Shown: piece after piece, positions 58,795-64,000 of the stretch
How positions within the stretch are numbered: the stretch's first letter is position 1
Layout: each line of letters opens with the position of its first letter
Assembly: GCA_030295235.1 (NCBI GenBank)
Contig: AP026167.1
Location: 682,001-746,000, forward strand
Source: Fistulifera solaris
Lineage: Eukaryota
Length of the DNA: 64,000 nucleotides
Reading direction: 5' to 3'
Made by a program: the position numbers and the translations under genes
Notes under the pieces: generated by a model
What the model was told of the DNA's origin: nothing
The model's database searches: none
What the model saw: only the letters and a program-made list of their open reading frames with translations

Positions 58795-61700
58795 TTATAC
58801 ACCCTCAATGCGGTCTTCCACTTCCGCATACAGCTCCTGAAGACGTTCAATATTCTCTTCCGAGGTCTCCCAGTAGCCACGGCCGTTGGCTTCCAAAAGG
58901 TGGTCACCATGTCACGGAAGGCGTTGGGGTTGGTGTCCAAAAGACGCTGTTGCATCTCACGATCTTCAATGAACACAGCATTGGCGTCCTCGAACACAAA
59001 GTTATCGACTTCACCGGCGGTGGCGGACCATCCCATGGTGTTGCGGAGACGCTTTTGGATTTCACGGACGCCCTCATATCCTGTGGAAAGCATACCCTCG
59101 TAAAATTTGGGGTTCAACAACTTGGTACGAGCATCCAATCGGACCGTCTCGGCCAAAGTGCGGACTTGGGCATTGGCAGTAGTGGTGTCGGCCATCAAAG
59201 CCATGGGCTTCTTCTTGTCATCACGCAGTCCCTGAACAACCTTGGTGGGATCCGAATCGTAGTAGTGAGACACATCCGTGATGGAAATTTCGGACGAGTC
59301 AAGGTTCTGGAATGTGCAGTCGACAGTCTTTAACGCGGTCTTGAACAACTCGGCCTGCTGTTCCATCATGCCGGGTTTGTCGGCGTTGAAAGCGAATCCC
59401 TTACGAGTCAAGAACTGTTCTTGCAATTGGTTCTCGCTTTCCCATCCGCCGTTCTCAATGGCAAGACCGACATTGGCACTATACGATCCGGCCGAGTTGG
59501 AGAAGACACGGCAGGCGGCGTCACGGAGAGAAACACCCAACTCCTTTGCCTGGTCCAAGGCGTGCTTGCGAACAAAGTTCATTTCAAGAGGCTCATCAGC
59601 CTCGGCGGCCATCTTGATACCACGGTCCATCAAGTTCATCTGGTTGATAAACAAGTCGCGGAAGACACCGGAGCAGGACACAACAACGTCGATACGAGGG
59701 CGACCGAGCTCTTCCAAAGGAATGAGCTCAACCTTGTTTACGCGTCCAAGGGAATCGGCAACCGGTCGTACACCAACAAGGGCAAGAACTTGAGCCAACG
59801 ATTCTCCGTAGGTCTTGATGTTGTCGGTACCCCAGAGAGTGAAAGCAATGCTTTCGGGGTAGTTTCCTCCGTTGTCTTGCTTGAGGCGTTCGAGCAACTT
59901 TCGCACCACATCTTCCGAGACATCAACAGCCGCCTTGGTCGGAATGGACGATGGGTCGAGTGCGTGCATGTTGCGGCCGGTGGGAAGCACATCGGGGTTG
60001 CGGATGGGGTCACCACCGGGAGCGGGCATGAGGAAGTCACCGTTGAGTAGCTCCATAATACCGCCGAGTTCGTTGTTGGCAACAATTTGCTTCAAGCAGA
60101 ACTCCAAGTATCCCATGAGGTTTTCCAATCGGCTCTCGTCGATTTGGGGGAAGCCGGCATTGATAATAGCCTGAGTGTAAGGCTTCTTGGCGCCCGTGAG
60201 CTTGCCGAAGAATCCACTAAGGTCATCGAACACAGACTTGACTTCCTTTACACGTCCGTTGGAATCGGTCGATTGCATGACCAAGGCTCGAACAGCGGCG
60301 CGACTGGCATCAACGATTTTGGCGTTCAACTCAACGTCATCCAAGACACCGTTGTTGTTTCCACGGTAAATGTCATTGATGTCACGTCCAATGGAGGCTG
60401 CGATGGCACGAGGCAAACTCTCGATCTTGTCTTCGGGGCGGTCCAACTGAGCAATATTGACCAAAGTGGCGATGGCTTCTTCTGCAGTAGGAGGAACACC
60501 CACAGTGTGCAAACCGCAAGGAAGGAGACGACTTTCAATCTGCATGATCTGAGAGTAGACAGCACCGACGAGCTTGTCACGGTTCTCGGGGGTATCCTTG
60601 GCGGAATCGTACGTTTCGAGGTTGGGAAGCTCAACGTCTTTATCCAAGTTGCAAGTGTATGCCGTCGAAAGAATCGAGTTGACAATGGCAGGTCCTCGGC
60701 CTTCGTTCTCACGCAAACCTTGGTACGAAGAGATCAACTCTTTCAACTCCTTGAGTCCCTTGTACAAACCAGCGTTCTCAGCAGGAGGCGTCAAGTACGA
60801 CACAGTGGCAGAGTAGGAGCGACGCTTGGCAATGGTGGCCTCCGAAGGGTTGTTAGCAGCATAGAGGTAGGCCGACGGCAAAGAACTGATCAAGCGGTCC
60901 GGGTAGCAAGTGCCGGACATACCAACCTGTTTTCCAGGCATGAACTCCAAACTACCGTGTGTTCCAAAGTGCAAGACAGCATCTGCTTTAAAGATCTTTT
61001 CCAAATACGTATAGTAAGCCGCAAAACCGTGGTGCGGACTCGCCGACTTGGCAAAGAGCAGACGCATGGGATCACCTTCGTAACCGAACGACGGCTGTAC
61101 ACCAATAAACACATTACCGAATTGCTTTCCGTAAACAACCAGGTTCTGTCCGTCCGAGTTCAAGTTTCCAGGTGCAGGTCCCCAGTTCTCTTCCAAGTCT
61201 TTGGCGTACGGTGTGAGCTCGTAGTATTCATCCGTGCTCATGCGATACGCCACGTTGAGTTCGGGCGACGAGATACGGGCCTCGGGATCGTTCAAAACAG
61301 CCTCCATGATTTGTTCCTTGGTATCGGGAGCATCACCAATGTCGTATCCCTGCTTCTTGAGTTCCGCCAGCACCGCCTTGATCGAGTCAAATACATCCAA
61401 GTAAGCGGCCGTTCCGACATTACCCTTATCGGGAGGGAACGAAAAGATGGTCACGGCGATCTTCTTTTCGGCCGCTGGCTTGATGCGTAGGTTGGCCCAC
61501 TTGAGCGCGCGGTCGGCCAACAGATTGACGCGGTCCGCGAGAGGAACACTACGACCCGTCGCACCCTCACGTCCCGCAAAGATGATGGGTTCAATGGCTC
61601 CATCGATTTCCGGCAACGAAACTTGGAGTGCCACTTGAATGGGGTGCAATCCTAATTCGGACGATTGCCATTCTTCAAACGACTGGAAGACGAGTGGAAC

Positions 61701-63276
61701 CGCACACATGTAAGGACGGTTGAGTCGCTTCAAGACCGCGGCCGCCTTTTTGTGATCTTGCGAGGCCGGTCCTCCGACCAAAGCAAAGCCCGTCAAGTTG
61801 ATGACCGTATCGACAATCGGCTTGCCACTGGCATCGTAAAAGTATTCTTCAACGGGACCGGAAAAGTCGAGCCCGCCCGAGTAAATTGCAACGACACGCG
61901 ATCCGCGGCTCTCCAATTCGGAAATGAGCGACACATAGTGTGTATCATCCTTGGTGTTAATGTGGGACTTTTGCAAGATGATACCAATGGTGGGTGCCGT
62001 CTTGGTATCAATGCCGGCATCGGGACAGAATTCGTTGTTGTACCATTCAAAGTATTTCTGATTGTTTTCAAAAACAATGCTCGGAGCGACGGGATGCCAA
62101 ATGGCCTTGTCGGGTAGCAATACAGGTTCCGCCGCGACGACTTTTTTCTTTTCCTTCCATACTGGCCTTGATGGGAGCGACATAATCTTGCCCGACCATG
62201 GTAAGAAGCGACTCCAAGTTCTCGGGTGAACCACCGAGCCAATACTGAAAGGACATCATAAAGGTACGGGCATCCGCGGCCTTGTCACTGGGCAAGAATT
62301 TGAGTACCTTGGGAAGAGTGCGCAACAACTTGAGCATACCTTCTTCAAAGGACGACCCATCTTCTTGTTTCTTTTTCTTCATGAAATCGGAAATGACACT
62401 CTTGGATTGTCCCAAGTTTTTCATGGTAAACGATCCGACCTTGTTGAGACGCATGACTTCGGGCATGGAGGGGGAAGATGAGGACTGCATCGAGCTGATC
62501 ACGTCGTGGCTGAACGACTTCGACGACTTTTTCGGCGAGTTCTTGCACGAAAATGAGCGACCCGATGAAGATATCGGCTTCATTGACATCTTTTTGAATT
62601 GCTCAAAGGCATCATTGTTGCGGAGTTCTTCTAACAAATAACCGACACATTCGACGGCCATGTTATCGGATCCGGCGTTGATGCGTTTGACTGCAGCCGT
62701 CATGGAAGACTGGTATTGACTTTCGAGAACGACGTAAACGACTTTCATGGTAGGTCTTCCACGAGGATCCTCGGGAATGACTCGCCGTTTGTCGGCGTTG
62801 TTGGCTGTAAAGGCTCCCGCCATGGGACCGGAGGTCGTCGTAGGGTCCGTCACGACCATTGGCAAAGCGGATTTCGATCGGAACGAGGCTTTGGAAAGTC
62901 CAGCAAAGGAGGTACCGGTACTGGTACTACTGGGTTGCCATCTGTAAGAAGCAAAAAGGAGAGAGGAATGAAAAGAATGAGAAGCAAGAAAGAAAGAAGG
63001 ATATGGAGCATAGAATATGAGAAGGAGAAAAAAAAGGAGAATCACCCAATGTTTGTGTGAACAGGATGCTTTCCTTCAAAACAAAAGGGATTGACTACAA
63101 TCTTTTTTGTGTCCACGAATGAACAATCCACCATTTCACGTTTCGTCGTCTTGCACATTCGTTCCAATCTCCTCCTCCTCCTCCGATGACAAAACAAAAG
63201 AAAAGAAAACAAAAACTTACGCTGTTGTGGCTCCCATGGCCAATAAGGCGATTGCGGCTGTTCGGAAATGAACCAT
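58795..63276 (-). CDS. CHLH: Magnesium chelatase subunit H (intron 62942-63220; frameshifts ~62595, ~62550, ~62475, ~62160, ~58895)
   Basis: Presequence [20 protein letters not shown]. Motifs [54 protein letters not shown] and [15 protein letters not shown]-terminus EDRIEGV* in the shifted frame. Confidence 0.96.
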
Positions 63277-64000
63277 CGTTTTACAACAATCCAACACGCT
63301 TCACTTCTATTCAATTATAAATAATGATACGTCTATATTGGTTTGGTTTAGTATTTGTATTAATGATTTCGTTGAAGGTCCTGTGCTTGAATTGAAGAAC
63401 AAAACTGCGTTGGTAGAAAACGACGACGACGACTGCCGAGGAAGATGAAGATAACAGATACTCCAATTATTATAACCTTTGCAAGGTTGTTGAAGTCCGA
63501 AGCTCCTCTTTAGGATACAACACTTGTAGAAGGACAGACGACGAAACGTGAAAAGAGAAAGAGTGACGTGTTGAAGTGCCCTTGTGTAAGGTGGGGGAGT
63601 TTTTGTGTACGTAGTATGTGTATCAGTGAAGAGTGTGGTCTGGTGTCGCATGCCCGAACTTACTACTACAACAACGAGTATTGGTACGACACCATTTAGG
63701 TTTTCATGCGACACATTGGCATCGGCTCACGTCTTCTCATCACGTTTCGCTCATTCCAAATTCCAACTCAGTGCCGACGAACAACATCCGTCGGTGGTCG
63801 GTTGGCGCCAAGGGGAGAAAAAATAAAATAATTAAGGCAAAGGTTATTGCACCCTCTTGCACCTCTTGCACTTGCGATCTGCGATCCTTTTTGCCATGTG
63901 TGCGAGAAACAAAAATAATGACGACGACAGCATGTCGTCATCACAGTCAACAAGTCACTGGTACCTGTTTCACAAGAAGAGCATCTATTATGACTCGAGT

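Noticed and set aside
60087..61490. 467-aa and other long plus-strand ORFs opposite CHLH
   Set aside because: Antisense shadows of a strongly codon-biased gene, with no recognisable motifs.

Overview
Gene-dense eukaryotic nuclear DNA, inferred to be a diatom: short GT-AG introns, bipartite plastid presequences of the ASAF/ASAW type, DUF285, HA-domain and MYND families, nuclear CHLH. It holds about 29 protein genes and one tRNA-Ala(UGC). Genes include an LSMT-like SET protein, NOP53, cyclin L-like, SNRNP40, two ABC1 kinases, a six-bromodomain protein, PRP16, PSMD9, CWC15, SRP54, BASS, WDR24, P5CS, WDR75, an RmlD-DUF1349 fusion, NYN/YacP, DnaJ, TPR, COQ9, polyprenol reductase and CHLH. Many are broken by single-base frameshifts in homopolymers, most likely assembly errors. 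The most striking unexplained element is a ~620-nt non-coding block (~51309-51929). It folds by eye into many nested helices with G-U pairs, GNRA/UUCG loops and a perfect 13-bp long-range pseudoknot-type pairing, so it is a candidate novel structured RNA. Other notable items: a 509-bp insert (22 x 18-bp array plus purine tract) flanked by a 10-bp target-site-like duplication inside a dispersed 69-bp palindromic repeat family; two inverted gene-fragment duplications ending at GGTACC-type tracts; and a small plastid-targeted gene with a single in-frame TGA. All calls are by eye, without database searches.
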